NCBI RefSeq assembly: GCF_033153115.1
Contig: NW_026889803.1
Coordinates: forward strand, 1,674,001 to 1,738,000
From: Saccostrea echinata
Taxonomy: Eukaryota
Reading direction: 5' to 3'
DNA length: 64,000 nucleotides
Below are positions 61,440 to 64,000 of this stretch, one piece after another (the first letter of the stretch is position 1; each line of letters starts with the position of its first letter). Below the pieces are notes generated by a model. It ran no database searches and was not told where the DNA came from. It saw only the letters and a list, made by a program, of their open reading frames with translations. The position numbers and the translations under genes are program-made.

Positions 61440-62168
61440 TATTTATAGCTATATTATTTATTTTTTATTATACTATATGTTAAAAAATTATTACAGAAAC
61501 AAGTGCGAGTGATTCGTGGCCACGAATTTAAAATTCATCATGTTCATCATGTTCATGGTCATGAAATAAAAATTTGCGGCAACGAATTAAAATTTCTGGC
61601 CACGAATTATATTTGTAGTACTTAAAATATTGTAGATTATTCAAGTTCCCTTGATGTATGCACATCTAATACTACAGAAGTAAAATTCACTTTATGAACA
61701 GAATAGAATTTTATGTGTTTGATTTTATTACTATTGATGTTATAAACTGCTAAATTTATTGCAGCAAAGATATTTGGGGTGGGGGTCAATTTTCAATTTG
61801 TGTGAACATCTGTCGGAAAAGCGGGGGTGGGGGGCTCGTGAATAGATATATAAAAATGGGCATGACTGATTCATTTTTCTGCTTTATCCTACGATTAGTG
61901 ACTTTCAGAAGTTTTTCTGCATTTTAACATTATTAATTAAGCCGAATATTCTTTCAAACATTTCCATATTACCTGATTAAATAAACTCAAATCTAAGGCT
62001 AGAAAGTTTTGATGAGTTCAGTTTATCAAATAAATCAGTCTGATTTATTATATTAAGTTGCAAAACCCTTTTCAACTAATCTGAATTAGTCCACGTTTCG
62101 GGAGTGGGAAACGACGCACTAATGTTGGAACTAATGCATCAGTTTTATTTACAAATGAACCTTCTCTC

Positions 62169-62430
62169 CATTGGCGGATTTAGAGATTAATAAATGGGGG
62201 TGGATGTGGGCAACATTTGGAAAAAATATAATTTTGGGGGGTCAGATATTGCTTTTATTATACAAAACTGATCTAAAATAATAATAATAAATTAAAGGGG
62301 GGTTGGAAGGGGGCTTTGCTGGCCCCTGGGCTCACCAGAGCTTTGCCCTGGACCCATTTGGGTCCTTAAGGCGGCCCCAGGCTCCCGAACTCCCCCCCCC
62401 CCTTTTTAAGAAATCCTGGATCTGCCACTG
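62169..62430. mobile_element. GC-rich MITE (CA(G/T)TGGC.GAT termini), apparent 5-bp TSD CTCTC
   Basis: ctctc|cattggcggattta ... ctggatctgccactg|ctctc. Confidence 0.6.
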
Positions 62431-62779
62431 CTCTCCTATACCATTAAACTATGTCTGGATCTAAGAATTTTGGATTGGAATTCATTTTTCATTCAAACAA
62501 ATCTTTTTGCAAATACTACCAAGTTACAGAATTAATCAATTTATTTCCCTGGCATATTATCATATATTTAGGAGAATTTATCTTTTTCTTCGTATTATTT
62601 CATTTATTTGTGTGTACTTCTCTGAGGCGATTTTGAAAGACCCCGGGTTCAAATTTCGACATGACAAAATTTCAGGGTTCATATAATTTCAGGAAATTGC
62701 TTCATTAAAACGCTTACTTGTACCCACTATTATACACATAGAGATAGTGCATGAAATTGATACAGATTTTGTCAAAATC

Positions 62780-63943
62780 ATGGCCGACGTGGACTCTCAA
62801 GACGCCGCATCAGTCCCAGCTTTAGCGGTTACAGCTGCTGTTGGTGCAGTAATTGTCTTAATTATACTTGTGTGCAGTGTAGGAAGGGAAAACAAACCAA
62901 AATCTGAAAGTGGTGAGAAAGTTTACTGAACAAACAAGAGATTTCTAATTTTCTAGGTGAAAACGAAAGATTGCACCATCACTCAGGGTCCTTAGACGAT
63001 CTGAGCAAAAATTAGTGTATGGTTTAAGGTGGGGTGGGGGATTCCTAATGAGCCTCGGTGACTCGTTTCAAACTCTCAAAACTTTTCTTATTTTAAAAAA
63101 ATCCATCAAAAAGAATTCCCAGTGGAAAGGCAGAATGTTGTTTTTTAAATTATTGTCATAAATAAATCAATTACCAATTACCTAACTTCATTAAAACTTA
63201 AAAAAAAAATCAAACTTCTGAGAATTAGGTCCCTGTCATTATGACCATATAACCCTACATCATTTTTTTCCAAATCACTGGTGAAAATGGATCCCATCTC
63301 CTGAGACAGACAGTCAACAGTCATACAAATATCGTGAGGGTGACCAGAAGCAGAAATATTTTAAATTGTTACCCTGTGATTGGGTGCAAGGGATGACAAG
63401 TGCATAAAATTCAAGGCAATGAACAAAAAAGGGCATGGAGAAAATGGTGTAGGACTAATGATGGTGACCTAATTCTCAATCGTTTGAATATTTTTTTTTT
63501 TTTTTTTGCAAGTTTTCATAAAGATGTGGTTGATGAAAATCAATGTTAGGAATTTTTATAATTTTTTTTGATGAAATTTAGAACAAGACTTATAAGCTGC
63601 AATGTATATAAATATGTAATATGACTTTTATATTGTGCAGTCACAATAAGAAAAAGGAAATGAGATGAAGAAATATTTTGATGTTTAACTAATTTATTTG
63701 TAATATCCGAGACAGCAAATTTTTGTGTGTTTTCAGAACAAAATGAAAATGTTGAGAAAACCCAGAAAAATGAAAAGACAGAAAAACATGCAAAGAAAGG
63801 AAAAGCACAGAAAACAGTGAAGAGGTCACACAGTGTTCACTTTTCTCATCCATGGCTATCATGTAACCTGAAGGGACACAGTGGACAAGTTTTAGCCCTG
63901 GACTTCAGTCCTAATGGCAAATACCTCATTACAGCTAGTGATG
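62780..63943 (+). CDS. TBL2: Transducin beta-like protein 2 (N-terminal TM anchor plus WD40); first two exons, continues beyond the window
   Basis: Exons 62780-62912 (TM segment ALAVTAAVGAVIVLIILVCSV) and 63737-63943 (basic linker, then FSHPWLSCNLKGHSGQVLALDFSPNGKYLITASD) match the TBL2 pattern FTH..L...LKSHSG.I..MDFSSNGKYLAT. Confidence 0.85.
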
Positions 63944-64000
63944 GTTAGTTTGTAATATGTATATGTGGATATTTATGTGTCAATTTTTTTTTATGTATAC

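Overview
AT-rich, intron-rich animal genomic DNA, almost certainly an oyster (Ostreidae). The basis is the abundant ~160-bp Cg170/HindIII-type satellite arrays carried inside Helentron-associated (HINE) elements. I reconstructed eight spliced protein-coding genes by hand from GT-AG junctions and frame continuity: an NWD2-like DUF4062-NACHT-WD40 STAND NTPase (+, 5355-13008); a secreted two-domain Kazal protein (+, 13669-17462); PAGR1 (-, 17731-21315); mitochondrial MDH2 (-, 26782-36676), head-to-head with the pseudophosphatase STYXL1 (+, 37029-45246) as in human; TMEM17 (-, 46813-54563); a 5'-incomplete BEN-domain gene (-, 58569 to at least 60031) just inside a CACTA/EnSpm-like terminus; and the 5' part of TBL2 (+, from 62780). 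Introns and spacers are packed with DNA-transposon derivatives, including a nest of a TTAA element, a near-intact Tc1 DD34E element and a hAT MITE. The most notable unannotated signals are: (i) five 26-34-bp palindromes between 7-bp target-site duplications, matching P-element excision footprints; (ii) a 301-bp inverted repeat next to (TA)n with a minimal hammerhead ribozyme in each arm, i.e. a Penelope-like pLTR pair; (iii) tandem duplications of two PAGR1 exon/donor junctions in which most copies read AT instead of GT; (iv) the BEN gene as possible transposon cargo. An assembly gap lies at 61260-61439. Gene and element identities come from recognised motifs, not database searches.
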